Below the pieces are notes generated by a model, which did not search any database, had not been told where the DNA came from, and saw only the letters and a program-made list of their open reading frames with translations. A program made the position numbers and the translations under genes. From contig CM075989.1 of NCBI GenBank assembly GCA_038087875.1, forward strand, positions 3,162,001 to 3,226,000: DNA of 64,000 nucleotides, read 5' to 3'. This DNA is from Malacoraja senta. Taxonomy: Eukaryota. Shown piece by piece: positions 24,030 to 40,180 of the stretch; within the stretch, counting starts at the first letter, position 1, and each line of letters opens with the position of its first letter.

Positions 24030-24315
24030 TATAGAGCATCCTCCACATCTCACATGCGAAAATACTTCACATCCAAAGTATTATGCTTCTGAAGTATAAT
24101 AATCATTATAATACATGAAACACAATGGCCAATCTCCCAAAAATCAAGATGATCTCCAGTGTATGTGGGGACACAAGGAACTGCAGCTGCTGGAATCTTG
24201 CAGAAAACATAAAGTGCTCAGTAGGTCAGGCAACGTCTGTGGAGGAAATGAGTTTACTTTCCTTTAGTTCAAGATTTCAAAGTTTCAAGATCAGTTTATT
24301 GCCACATGAACCATT

Positions 24316-25035
24316 TTTAGGTTTAGAGATACAACGCGGAAACAAGTCCTTTGGCCCACGCCGACACACTAACGACACACTAACACTATCCTACACACAT
24401 TAGGGACAATTTACAATTTTACTTCAGACAATTCAAGATCCTCCTCTATGTCTACAAAGCCCTCAATGGGCTAGCCCCCACCTACATCAAAAGTCTTCTC
24501 ACCCACCACTCCACCTCCAGGTCCCTCAGATCGGCCGACTTGGGGTTGCTGAATATCCCGCGGTCTAGGCATAAACACAAGGGCGACCGCGCCTTTGCGG
24601 TTGCAGCCTCTAGACAGTGGAACAGCATCCCCTTCCCCATGAGAACTGCCCCCTCCATCGACTCCTTTAAGTCAAGACTAAAAACGTATCTGTACTCCCA
24701 AGCCTTTCTTGACGTCCTCTGAGTGAGGGCTACATGTATATATGTATGTAGTTTGTTTGTTTATATTATTCTTATAACAAATGTAAAGCACTTTGGCCAA
24801 CGAGAGTTGTTTTTTAAATGTGCTATATAAATAAATGTGACTTGACTTGACTTGACAATTAACCTACAAACCTGTACATCTTTGGAGTGTGGGAGGAAAC
24901 TGAAGCTCCCGGAAAAACCCGCGCAGGTCACGGGGAGAACGTACAAGCTCCGTACAGAGACCACCCGTACTCAGGATCGAACCTGGGCCTCTGGCGATGT
25001 AAGGCAACAACTCTACCGCTGTGCCACCGTGCCGC
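24316..25035 (-). mobile_element. HE1-type SINE interrupted by L2
   Basis: Tail half 24316-24433, head half 24854-25035. Confidence 0.88.
24434..24853 (+). mobile_element. L2 LINE 3' fragment
   Basis: KILLYVYKALNGLAP..GDRAFAVAASRQWNSIP..FKSRLKTYL; (GACTT)n tail; GACAATT on both flanks. Confidence 0.9.
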
Positions 25036-25164
25036 TATGGATAGGATATGAAGGGAAATGGACAGGCAACATTTCGGATCAGGAACTTTCTTTGGACTAT
25101 TGACTGGGAGATAACTATTGGCCAAGATTATATTGTAAGCTGTTGGTTTCTTTGACACAGCATC

Positions 25165-25570
25165 AGGGTGGAAACAGGCCCTTCAGCCCAACTTCCTCAC
25201 ACCGACCAACATGTCCTATCTACACTAGTCCCACCTGCCTGCATTTGGCCCATATCCCTCTAAACCTGTTCTTTCCATGTACCTGCCAAAACCTTGTAAC
25301 ACCTTGCGATAGTACCTGCCTCAATGACCTCCTCTGGCAGCTCGACCCACACACCCACCAACCTTTGTGTTCCTGTTAAATCTTTCTCTCCTCACCTTAA
25401 ACCTATGAATCGGGATCTTGACACCCTTTCTCTGGGCAACCCGATTTATTCCTCTCAAGATTTTGTACACCTCTATAAGATCACCCCTCATCCTCCTGCG
25501 CTCCAAGGAATAGAGTCCCAGCCCGATCAACCATTCCCTACAACTCAGGCCCTGGAGTCCGGGCAACATC
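25165..25570 (-). mobile_element. CR1 3' fragment
   Basis: LGLYSLERRRMRGDLIEVYKILRG. Confidence 0.85.
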
Positions 25571-25608
25571 AGAATTACATCAAAATTAGACTGGCGATTT
25601 GTGCCTAA

Positions 25609-26241
25609 AGCCCCTGTCCCACTTACATGTCCTTGGCACGCTAATTACACGACCTCGTGGTCGCGTTGAGGCACGACAGTCCCGCGAAAATCACGCGCGA
25701 TTTCATGTGCCCGCACAGCCTACTGGAGCGCGTGACGTCATTTGAAGATGGACACAAAATGCTGGAGAAACTCAGCGGGACCGGCAGCATGTCTGGAGAG
25801 AAGCAATGGGTGATGTTTCGGGTCGAGACCCTTCTTCAGTCTGACCTATTGCTTCTCTCCAGAGATGCTGCCGGTCCCGCTGTGTTACTCCAGCATTTTG
25901 TGTCTATCTTCAATTTTCGGACAGCAACGGCCGTGAGCCCCAGGCTGAGTTCGGCGATCGTTTACCTGCTTCTGCTGCTGTTGGAGGTGAGACGTTGCGT
26001 CGCACCAGGGTCTTGGGCCTGTCCCACTTTGGCCGTCAGTCACGCGACAGGCCGGTGGCGTGTGAAGATTTTGTTCGCTACAAAAATTTCGGAGCCCCGC
26101 GCGATGTCGCGTACAACTACATACCCCTCCCCGCTTCTCAGTGGGACAGGCCCCGCGCGGCCATACGATGCCCGTGCGCCTCAACACGACGACGTGATCG
26201 TGTAATTTGCGTGCCAAGGACACGTAAGTGGGACAGGCCCT
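25609..26241. mobile_element. PIF/Harbinger-like MITE containing a Penelope-like module and an inner TIR pair
   Basis: ~65-bp imperfect TIRs (CCTGTCCCACTTAC.TGTCCTTGGCACGC); TAA/CAA flanks; inner GGGCCTGTCCCACT..AGTGGGACAGGCCC at 26015-26153. Confidence 0.8.
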
Positions 26242-27007
26242 CAACTCTCTGGGCGGGACTTGAACCAGTCCATTTCTGACTTGGAGCGAGAGATTTGGAT
26301 ACTGAAGCCAAGTGGAACTCCTTCCTTACAATAAAGGGATGAAGAAGCATAACCGGCTGTGATTTGTGATTAGTGCAATATTTCATAAGTATAATAAAAC
26401 ATTAGCAAAGAAAGAGAAAGCAAATGATCCCACACACACTTAATGCGTGGCAAACATGTTATACGACTGCTACGGTTTGTTACAAAATTAGATCAAGTGT
26501 TGCCAAAGGGAGAACTAGAATGCGGTTTACGGAGTGTTCAGTATTTCTCTCACACTCTCGATCTGATTTTGTATTATGCAAAAAAAAAGAAAAAAAAGAG
26601 TTTAGTATTTAATATTTCATGATTTTAAATCTGATTTCCAGAAAGCACTTTTATTGCAAGTTATAGCTGAAACACAAGAGAACTCCTCGTAACATGTTTT
26701 TTTAATTACATTGCCAGCTTTTCCAAATGAGCGACTTCTCTCTTGAATTAAAACTCTTCAGGCTGGAGCCTATTTTTGATGGGAGAGTGTGGGTGCAGGC
26801 TCCGTTTGGTTCAGTCGCTGCTTATTCAGTGTGGCATTGTGATTCCTCGTTCCACACTCTGAGTGAATACTAATGATGGAGATTAGTATCCCCTGTGACT
26901 CACAGATTAATTGAGCTGTCCAGAGCTGAAGCAAACAGCACAGAGCTCCGACCGGCACACTGCCGTGTGGTATCTCAGTCGTGCATCTCAATCGGGTTGC
27001 AAACAAT

Positions 27008-29693
<2,686 letters not shown>

Positions 29694-30168
29694 AGAAGAA
29701 GTGAGATGTGTGTGCATGTGAGATTAAGAAATCTGCATGTGAGATTAAGAAAAAAACTGAATTGCCACATGCTCATTTTTATTAGTTTTAAAAGCCTTGG
29801 AATTTTTGTATTTAATTTGAAGATTTAAATTCCAGCCAAGATTGTTTTATCAGACACTGAGAGAAAGATTAGGATTAAACATTCAGTTACATCTCACCCA
29901 ATAAATTAAGGTGTTTTCAATGGTTTTCACAATGACAAGGCGGCTCAAAGATTGGAGTTGTTTTCATTTTGGAGATTACACACACGTTTCTATCCACCAG
30001 GAATTCAGCTCCATGTGCAGAGGCCAGGTTTTGTAGACAGCAGGAATTGTGTGTGGAACTGCACAGGTACACACTTTCTAGAGTCACCAAAGCAAGTTTG
30101 GCAGGGGCAACGTGCCATATTACACGCAAATTGCCCCACCATATTGAGTTAGTAACAATCGTGGTTAA

Positions 30169-30204
30169 AGGTCTGAAGAAGGGTTTCGGCCCGAAACGTT
30201 GCCT
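30169..30204 (+). ncRNA. Minimal type I hammerhead ribozyme motif in a Penelope-like module
   Basis: AGGT-CTGAAGA-A-GGGT(TTCG)GCCC-GAAAC-GTT-GCCT: stem I, core, stem II, palindromic stem III. Confidence 0.65.
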
Positions 30205-30276
30205 ATTTCCTTCGCTCCATAGATGCTGCTGCACCCGCTGAGTTTCTCCAGCATTTTTGTGAACCGTGAAGTTAAA

Positions 30277-30865
30277 TTTAGTTTAGAGATACAGCCCGTT
30301 GCCCCACAGAATCCGGGCCAACTAGTGATCGCCCAGCACAAAATCACTATCCTACACACTAGGGCGTCACGGTGGCGCAGCGGTAGGGTTGCTGCGTTAC
30401 TACGATTTCAGCGCCAGAGACCCGGGTTCGATCCCGACTACGGATGCTGCCTGTACGGAGTTTGTACGTTCTCCCGGAGACCGCGTGGGTTTTCTCCGAG
30501 ATCTTCGGTTTCCTCCCACACTCCAAAGACGTACAGGTTTGTAGGTTAATTGGCTTGGTATAAATGTAAAATTGTCCCTAGTGTGTGTAGGGTAGTGTTC
30601 ATGTGCGGGGATCAGTGGTCGGTGCAGACTCGATGGGCTGAAGGGCCTGTTTCAGCGCTGTATCTCTCAACTAAACTAATCACTAGGAACAATTTACAAT
30701 TTTACTGAAGCCAATTGATCCACAAACGTGCACGTCTTTGGAGTGAGGGAGGAAACCGGAGCACCCGGAGAAAACTCCGTACAGACAGCACCCATACTCA
30801 GGATCGAACCCAGGTCTTGAGCAGTGTGAGGCAGCAACTCTACCCGCTGCGCCACCATGCCACCC
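30277..30865 (-). mobile_element. HE1-type SINE hosting another SINE
   Basis: Tail half 30277-30361, head half 30681-30865. Confidence 0.85.
30362..30680 (+). mobile_element. HE1-type SINE nested in an antisense SINE
   Basis: Full length; CACTAGG repeated at both junctions. Confidence 0.9.
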
Positions 30866-30997
30866 ACTTGAGTCCATGTACTTGAGTCACATGACATAAT
30901 TCATTTAAACATGATGATGGAAGGAAAAGGCTACTTACAAAAAGACTCCATACACGTAACTCTAGTCACACTGATGCTGTCAACCTGACAATGTTAT

Positions 30998-32010
30998 TTA
31001 GACAGACACAAAAAGCTGGAGTAACTGAGCATCTCTGGAGCAAAATGATGGTTGACATTTCGGGTTTGGAACCCTTCTTGAGACTCAAAATATCATCCAT
31101 CCTTTTTCTCCAGAGATGCTGTCTGGCTGGCCAGCTGAGTTACTCCAGCACTTTAGTTTAGTTTAGTTTAGTTTGGTTTAGAGGTACAGGCCCTTCGGCC
31201 CACCGGGTCCGCACCGACCAGTGATCCCCGCACATCCTACCCACACTATCCTACCCACACTAGGGACAATGTTTACATTTACCAAGCCAATTAACCTACA
31301 AACCCTGTACGTCTTTGGATTGATGGGAGGAAACTGAAGAACTCGGAGAAAACCCACGCAGGTCACGGGATGAATGTACAAACTCGGTACAGACAGCACC
31401 CGTAGTCGGGATCGAACCCGGGTCGACGGTGCTGCATTCGCTGTAAGGCAGCAACTCTCCCGCTGTGCCACCGTGCCACCCTCAACACTTTGTGTTGATC
31501 TTCGGTATAAATCATCTTCTGCAATTCCTTTCCACACATACAATAAGCAATATTTTTTTCAACTTGACTGCATCAGAGCGATAGAATGAAACTTATCATG
31601 TGGAGAATTGAGGAGCAGCTTTACATTCAAAGCTCTAGTCACAATGATGCTGTCAACCTGACAATGGTATTTAGACAGACACAAAAAGCTGGAGTAACTC
31701 AGCGGGGTCAGAGAGCATCTCTGGAGAAAAGGAATGGGTAACGTTTTGGGTCGAGACTCTTCTCCAGACTGAGATTCAGGGGAAAGGGAAATGAGAGATA
31801 GACGGTGATGTGGAGAGATATGGAACAAATGAATGCTGCAAAAAAGTAACGATGACAAAGGAAACAGGCCATTGTTAGCTGTGGGCTTGGTGAAAATGAG
31901 TTTCAGACAATGAGACTCAACAAGACAACGTTGAAACTACTTCGATGACTTGGGTGGGGGAGGGACTGAGAGAAAAGGGATGCGTTAGAGAAATCAATAT
32001 TCATACTGCT
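30998..32010. mobile_element. Cluster of Penelope-like modules
   Basis: Fold-back module 30998-31540 split by a SINE; second module from 31672. Confidence 0.7.
31153..31480 (-). mobile_element. HE1-type SINE
   Basis: Family consensus match. Confidence 0.9.
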
Positions 32011-32228
32011 ATTCATAAATAAATTCACACCATAATTTATTTATGGCCCTAGATTTATACTACCCATCAGGGAAAGTATCCTTTCTATGTTTACTCTGTG
32101 GAACCCCTTCATATTTCTGAATACTTCGAGCAGGTCACCTCTCTGCCCTTTCTGCGGTCACTCAAGAGGAAATTTGTCAATAATAACCTGGTCTATTTTA
32201 CACATAAAGCTTGTGAGATATTAACGAT

Positions 32229-32497
32229 TAGTTTGGTTTAGAGATACAGTTCCTGCACATTAACACTACCCTACACATACTAGGGACAATTTGTACACTT
32301 ACGCCAAGCCAGTTAACCTACAAACATGTGCGTCTTTTGGAGTGTTGGAGGAAACTGAAGTTTTCGGAGAAAACCCACGCAGGTCACGGGGAGAAGGTAC
32401 AAACTCCGTACAGACAGCACCCGTAGGCAAGATCGAACCCAGGTTCCTGGTGGTGTACGCACTGTCAGGCAGCAACCCAGCTCCACCGTGCCGCCCC
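32229..32497 (-). mobile_element. HE1-type SINE
   Basis: Family consensus match with deletions. Confidence 0.85.
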
Positions 32498-32758
32498 AGT
32501 GGTGAATAAACCACCTTTACCAATTATTTAACTGACTTCTGAATGATTACAGCAGAGAAAGGGGTTGGGATGGGGTTGAGAGGGAAAGATAGATCAGCCA
32601 TGATTGAATGGTGGAGTGGACTTTATGGGCCGAATGGCCTAATTCTGCTCCTACCTATTATTAACATGGAGAATGTCGGAGGAATTTTGCAAAGTTTATT
32701 TAGTTTGGAGTTTAATGTGGAATTCATTGCCACTGATGGCTGTGGGAGCCAAGTCTTC

Positions 32759-33066
32759 TTTAGTTTAGTTTGGAGATGCAGTGCGGAAAACAGGCCCTTC
32801 AGCCCACTGGGTCCGCACCAACCAGCGTACCCCGCACACTAACACTATCCTACACACACTAGGGACAATTATTCATTTATAACAAGCCAATTAACCTACA
32901 AACCTGTACGTCTTTGGAGTGCGGGAGGAAACCGAAGCACCTGGAGAAAACCCACGCGGTCACGGGGAGAACATGCAAACTCCATACAGACAGTGCCTGT
33001 AGTCAGTATGGAACCCGGGTCTCTGGCATTGTAAGGCAGTAGCTCTATTGCTATGCTGCCATGCCA
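32759..33066 (-). mobile_element. HE1-type SINE
   Basis: Family consensus match. Confidence 0.9.
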
Positions 33067-33654
33067 TGTTTTGTACATATTCTTAATCCTGAATAAATTT
33101 TATTTTAATTTTTTTATAATTAGCAAGAACTGGCCTGAGTGAGACTGTGAATTGCGCTCATTTAGCTTCAGAGTTTGAGCGGGCGTTTCTCAGCGCTCTG
33201 TCGCTGGTCGGTCCCTGCGCTGGTCACTGTGCTCACCTCCAGGTGTGGTGGAGCTGAGGACAGCACAGTGCCGTGGGAAGAATGCCGGGAGTGCTGCCAC
33301 CTCATTCTCCGACTCCCCGCACGGTTAAAAATTCAACTGTTTCTCCCCTGGAGGAATTGCCGGTCTGAGAAGAGGCAGGAAGGAAGCCGCCTGGGCGCAT
33401 TTTACATTACAATGGCCGATGCTTTTAGTTGTACCAACCCTTACAACAGTGCTCCTCCAATATCACATCTTTAATACTTTTGCCCACCGCTATAAACACA
33501 CCTCATCCTCATTTCCCAGCAGGTTCATCCCCTCCAGCTAATGGATAGCAGCCCACACTAAATCATCCAAAGCATTGCGGTATGTGCAAGTCTTACAGAT
33601 TTCCAGAAAGCCAAATAAGAGTTGTCTGACCAGATGATGCATTCTGCTTTCAAA

Positions 33655-33856
<202 letters not shown>

Positions 33857-34117
33857 CAATTTGTGAGACATTGGCCACAGACTTCTGGCAATGGGTAAGT
33901 TGATAGAGGTTTAGAATGATAAGCATTTGCTGTGTACACTGAGATTTCTGGGGCTACTCTACTATGATCACAGAGTCATAGAACCACCTAGCATGGAACA
34001 GGTCCTTGTTTGTGCTGACTAAACTAGCATACTGAGCTGGTCCAATTTGACTGTATTTTATCCGTACCCCCCCCCCCCCCCCCACAATAAACCCTTCCTA
34101 TCCATTTAGCTTTCCGT

Positions 34118-34425
34118 TTTTTAGTTTTAGAGATACAGCATGGAAACAGGCCCTTGGGCTCACCGAGTCGGCACCAACCAGCGATCCCCGCACATTTACA
34201 CTACCCTACACACAACTGGGGACAATTTACAATTATACCAAGCCAATTAACCTACAAACCTGTACGTCTTTGGAGAGTGGGAGTAAATCCAAGATCAGGA
34301 GAAAATACACACAGGTCGCGGGGAGAATGTACAAACTCCATACAGACAGCACCCGCAGTCAGGATCGAACCCGGGTCGCTGGCATTGTAAGGCACCAACT
34401 CTACCGCAGCCCCACCATGCCGCCC
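34118..34425 (-). mobile_element. HE1-type SINE
   Basis: Family consensus match. Confidence 0.9.
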
Positions 34426-35139
34426 TGTTCCACACAGAAGCAACGAGAACTTAAAGACCAAATGGCCTCGACTATGATCATGGAGTCACAGAACTACCCT
34501 GCACGGAACAGGCCCCTCGGCCTATTTTGTTTGTGCTGACCAAATTGGTGTTATGTGCTGGACCCATTTGTTTACATGTGGTCCTCAGCTCCGTAATAAA
34601 CCCTTCCTATCCTTTTCTCGCTCCATTCTAGGATTGTGCAAAATAAAGGCATTTATTTGTTTCCCAATGTGGAAACCTTTAGATTATAAAAGGAAAGACA
34701 GTAAAGGAAAACTTGCGTTTATACAATGCCTTGCACTTGCTCAGAATGTTCCAAAGCCCTTTGCAGATAGTTAAAAACTTTTGATGTACAGCTACACTCA
34801 TAGTGCTGGTGGTATAGGAGTAAAAATTCATCAGCTGTCACAGGTTATATAAATGGACAACTAAAATATTGTACTCTGCTTCTGAAATCCAGTCAGATTC
34901 ACTTCATCAAATGCATTTCTCTTCCGTTTTTTTCCCAGTAATGCTGTTTGAGAGGTAAATATTATCTGAAACAATGCGCTTCCTCGAAACCAGGCCACTG
35001 GATCTGTTTCATTCATGTTCCATTCATCTGAGAAAGTTTACTGCCTCAGGAGCGATGTTGAATTCTGATATATGCTTGGCTTTGTACAGTAGCAGGGACA
35101 GCATTTACCACTCAAGATTTGCTAGAAATTCCACAAAAA

Positions 35140-35301
35140 TACGCACATGCACATGCACACGCACACGTACACACATATATATATATATATGTACACACAC
35201 ACACACATATATATATATACACATACACACACACATATATATATATGTGTACACACACATATATATATGTACACACACACATATATTTATATATATATGT
35301 G

Positions 35302-35364
<63 letters not shown>

Positions 35365-35432
35365 ACACACATATATATATGTACACACACACATATATTT
35401 ATATATATGTATACACACACACATATATATAT
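35140..35432. repeat. Compound (TA)n/(CA)n microsatellite
   Basis: Alternating TA and CA blocks. Confidence 0.97.
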
Positions 35433-35481
35433 GGGAAATAAACGATTTTTACTTCAGTTTTGCTTCTGATGCAAAAGTGTA

Positions 35482-35755
35482 GTTGAGTTTAGTTTTGAGA
35501 TACAGCAGGGAAACAGGCCCTTCGGCCCACCGAGACCGCATCGACCAACGATCACCTGTCCACTGGTTCCATCCTACACAGAGGCCAATTGAACTACAAA
35601 CCAACACGTGGGAGAAAACTGGAGCACCTGGAGGAAACCCAAGCAGTCACAGGGAGAACATGCAAACTCCATACAGACAGCACCTGTACTCAGGATGGAT
35701 CCCAGTCGCTGGTGCTGTAAGGCAGCAACTCTACAGTTGTGCCGCCACGCCGCCC
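35482..35755 (-). mobile_element. HE1-type SINE (diverged)
   Basis: Family consensus match. Confidence 0.85.
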
Positions 35756-36304
35756 AGAAAAGTCCTGCTTCACGAATGAATAAACGGATTGATTAAAGTT
35801 TCCAATTGAACTATCTTCTCGTCAAAAGACACTGGAAAAACCAGCGCATAGGAATAAAATCTCTTATCATCTGGGATCGGGACATTATTATTCAGAGAAA
35901 CAGCTGGAAAGCAATTTCTGAAAGCATTTACATTGAGCATGTGATTTTTCTTTAATTCTGAACAAATATCCAGATCCAATGACGTATCTGCACCTAATGA
36001 GAAAACCAGGATCTTGTAAACTGCTTTCTTATTTGGTTTGACTTCCACTCCAATGGGACGGCATCTCTGATCTACAGTCTGGGTTGCTGTGAGCTGTCGA
36101 TGGGCAGCATGGAATACAAGTAGGCAAAGATATAGACAGCAATGTGTTTCATTTATCCCACAGACTGAATATGCGTAGAACTAGTTACAGAAAAACAAAG
36201 CTTTTAAATTGTGATTCATGGAGCATCTGCTTATTGGACCGAGAGAACGGAACGTGACTGGTCTTTCTGAGACGCTATAATTAGAAAGAGCAGGAAAAAG
36301 TCAG

Positions 36305-36677
36305 TTGTGTAAAAAATCAGGAGAGGAATAGGTCGGGTGGACCCATGGAGTCCCTAGCCCAGAGTAGGGGAATCGGGAACCAGAGGGCATAGGTTTAAAG
36401 TGAAGGAGGAAAGATTTTATAGGAATCTGAGAGGTAACTTTGTCAAGCAAAGGGTGGTGAGGGTATGGTATGAGCTGCCAGAGGAGGTGGTTGAGGCAGG
36501 GACTATCGCAACGTTTAAGAAGCAATTAGACAGGTAAAGAAATAGGACATGTACAGAAGGCTATGGGTCAAACATAGGCAAGCGGGACTAGTGTAGATGG
36601 GACATGTTGGTCGGAGTGGGCAGGTTGGGCTGAAAGGCCTGTTTCCACCCTCCATGACTCTATGACCCTATGACTCC
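36305..36677 (+). mobile_element. CR1 3' fragment
   Basis: Same subfamily as 3405-3850; (CTATGA)n-like tail. Confidence 0.85.
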
Positions 36678-37373
36678 AATTGCAATGGATTGGTCAATAA
36701 ACACGAGGGAAAAGTAGGATTAATGCTGTGGAAGAAGCACTTTGTCCAAAGCCAGGAATGGCAGTGTCTCTACGGAAGTGTGAAGTTTAGCCTCAGCTTC
36801 GCTGGGCCATTGAGATGGTTGTGTTTAGGCACTTTGGTCAGTCGGTAAGAGGGCATTGAGCTGAACTGCACAAACCAGGAAGACCCAAACTGCTGGCGTA
36901 ACTCAGCGGGTCAGGCGGCATCTCTGGAGAAAAGGAATAGGTGACGTTTCGGATCGAGACCCTTCCTCAGACCCATCTTTGATTCACAGCTAAAGGTATT
37001 CAAGACAGAGGACACTGAGACCAATGCACTATCGGAGATCTCCAAAATAATGAAAGAGCTCTATTTATGGGGCAATCCAAAACCACGGGAGATGACACTG
37101 CTGTAGACTTCAGGAGGAACCTCTACACACAGAGAATGGTTTTGATGAAGATTTCTTGAGCACAAAGAATAGAGTTGCGCAGGAAAGTCTGGTGAACCCG
37201 TGAGAGTGAAAGGAACAAGAGGTTGATTGATTGAAAGACATATATGTATATATTATGTATCTGTACACTATGGATGGCCCGATTGTAATCATGTTTTGTC
37301 TTTCCACTGACTGGTTAGCACGCAACAAAAGCTTTTCACTGTACCTCGTTACACATGACAATAAACTAAATGT

Positions 37374-37914
37374 ACATAGATACATAGATACATAGAAAAT
37401 AGGTGCAGGAGTAGGCCATTCGGCCCTTCAAGCCTGCACCGCCATTCAATATGATCATGGCTGATCATCCAACTCAGTATCCCGTACCTGCCTTCTCTCC
37501 ATACCCCCTGATCCCTTTAGCCACAAGGGCCACATCTAACTCCCTCTTAAATATAGCCAATGAACTGGCCTCAACTACCCTCTGTGGCAGAGAGTTCCAG
37601 AGATTCACCACTCTCTGTGTGAAAACGTTTTTTCTCATCTCGGTCTTAAAGGATTTCCCCCTTATCCTTAAGCTGTGACCTCTTGTCCTGGACTTCCCCA
37701 ACATCGGGAACAATCTTCCTGCATCTAGCCTGTCCAACCCCATAAGAATTTTGTACGTTTCTATAAGATCCCCTCTCAATCTCCTAAATTCTAGCGAGTA
37801 CAAGCCGAGTCTATCCAGTCTTTCTTCATATGAAAGTCCTGACATCCCAGGAATCAGTCTGGTGAACCTTCTCTGCACTCCCTCTATGGCTATAATGTCC
37901 TTCCTCAGATTTGG
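37374..37914 (-). mobile_element. CR1/HER1 3' fragment (young subfamily)
   Basis: PNLRKDIIAIEGVQRRFTRLIPGM...GEKAGTGY, nearly identical to 20965-21490. Confidence 0.95.
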
Positions 37915-38163
37915 TAGCATGGAGGCAGGCCCTGAGCCCATCAGGCTGATGCCGACCATCGATCACCCATTCACACTACTTCTACCTGATCCCACTTTCT
38001 CATCCACTCCCCACACACCTGGCTGGGGCAATCTATAAAGGCCAATGAACCTGCAAACCTGCACATCTTTACGGTCCACACAGCCAGCAGCTGAGGTCAG
38101 ATTGAATGTGGACTTCTGGTATTGTGAGGCAACAACTCTATCCGCTGCGCCACTGTGCCGCCC
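37915..38163 (-). mobile_element. HE1-type SINE (diverged)
   Basis: Partial consensus match. Confidence 0.75.
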
Positions 38164-38554
38164 CTGGTACTGATGCTGATTGTACGGATAGGTGAGCCAT
38201 GCCCATGTGGAGTACAGCACAGCACAGACCAGTTGAGAGTGGGCAGGTCTCCCTACAATAGCTTCGAAGGATATGAAGCCCTGACTTTGTAGTGACAGAA
38301 TACAACGCAAGTCTAAAACCAGCCCCAGCTGCTGATTCTATTTATGAACTGTTAACCCCCATTTATAAAGCGCACTAGCATAGAGTCATATTGTCATTTA
38401 GTGTGGAAACAGGCCCTTCGGCCCAACTTGCCCACACTGACCAACATATCCCATCTACGCTAGTTCCAACTTCTTGTGTTTGGCCCATATCGCTCTAAAC
38501 CTTTCCTAGCCATCTTACCTGACTAAATGTTTCTTAAACAAGGCGATAGTAGTT

Positions 38555-39120
38555 TCAAGATAGACACAAAAAGCTGGAGTAACTCAGCGGGTCAGACAGC
38601 ATCTCTGGAGAGAAGGAATAGGTGACATTTCGTGTCGAGACCCTTCTTTGGACATAGTAGTTCATTGTTATGTGTCATATGTACCGAGGTACAGTGAAAC
38701 GCCTTTGTTGCGAGCTATCCAGTCAATGGAAAGACAATACATGATTACAATCGAGCCATCCACAGTGTGCAGATACAGGATAAAGGGAATAATGATAATA
38801 TTGGTACCTGCCTCAACTACCTCCTCCGGGAGTTCATTCCATGCAGCCCTCCCTCTGTGTAAAAAAGTTACCTCCCAGGTCCCTAGTTACCCCTGAGGTC
38901 CCTAGTTATCCCTCAGGTTCCGAAGTGCACAACAGCTATTGTTTGACAGGACAGGCAGCATCTCTGGAGAGAAGGTATGGGTGATGTTTCGGGTCGAGAC
39001 CCTTCTTCAGACCCCACCCGGCAGTCTGGACCCAAAACGTCAGCCATTTCTTCACTCCAGAGATGCTGTCTGTCCCGCTGAGTTACTCCAGCATTTTGTA
39101 TCTGTCTTCGGTGTAAACCT
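38555..39120. mobile_element. Penelope-like modules with interleaved Rex and CR1 fragments
   Basis: Module 38555-38648; fold-back 38945-39120. Confidence 0.7.
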
Positions 39121-40180
39121 TCCAATGCTCTAATGCTGTGGTTAGAGTCGGGATCAGACTTGTGAGGCTGGACGTGGTGCAAACACATTGATACAGAATA
39201 AGTTTACTCGTGCTTTTAAAGCATGACTTAGAAAAGAAACTACACTCAAGAGCAGATGAATTTAAAATGAAAGCATAATCCTGTTGCAGGCGCATTAAGG
39301 CTGGAGACAGAATGCGGTGATCACCACATCCTGACTCCTGCTTTCAACTGTACATAATGATAGCTTTCCCAGCCAGAGAATAGCTAATGATTCTCCCAGC
39401 ACCTGTGTCCTCCTGCATACACTCACTCTATGATGGTAATAAAAGCAGAAAATGGTGGAAATACTCGATAGAAAAGGTCGCTTCTGACCAAGCATGGACA
39501 TTACCTCCTTTTCTCTCTCCGCAAATGCTGTCCGACCGGCTGAGTATTTCCTGCTATTGTTTAGTGTTTTCCAGCTTCAACCAATTCCTTTGAATTCAGT
39601 CTGAAGAAGGGTCACTGTGACTCGTCACATGTGATGACAAAGCATCTATTCATTTATTCATTCTCAACCCGAGGCCTTACCTGCTGCTTCTCTCCAGAGA
39701 TGCTGTCTGACCCGCTGAGTTACTCCAGCATTTTGAGTCTAATTCCTTTGACAATATTAGTCAAAGTAATAAAAAATTATAACACTGGAATAAACTATTG
39801 TCTGCAGTCTCTCCACATTTGAGCTACCCTCAGCATTACTGGTACTGCCTGCTATGTTCCCGTACACCTCTTTCCTTTAGATACTGTTCTGGCCCACTGT
39901 TAAATGTTGACTTGCCCTCTAATACTTTTCTTGTCTTCACTTGCTGCTTCCAAAGGTAGATTCATAGAGTCATAGAGTGATACAGTGTGGAAACAAGCCC
40001 TTCACCCAACTTGCCCACACCGGCCAACAATATCCCAGCTACACTAGTCCCACCTGCCCAAGTTCAGTCCATATCCCTCCAACCTGTCCTATCTATGTAC
40101 CTGTCTAACTGTTTTTTTAAATGTTGGGATAGTCCCTGCCTTAACTATCTCCTTTGACACCCACCACCGTTTGTGTGAAG

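Noticed and set aside
35770..36048. 92-aa minus-strand ORF in unique DNA
   Set aside because: No recognisable domain, non-ATG start and no convincing splice context; BLASTX or RNA-seq would be needed
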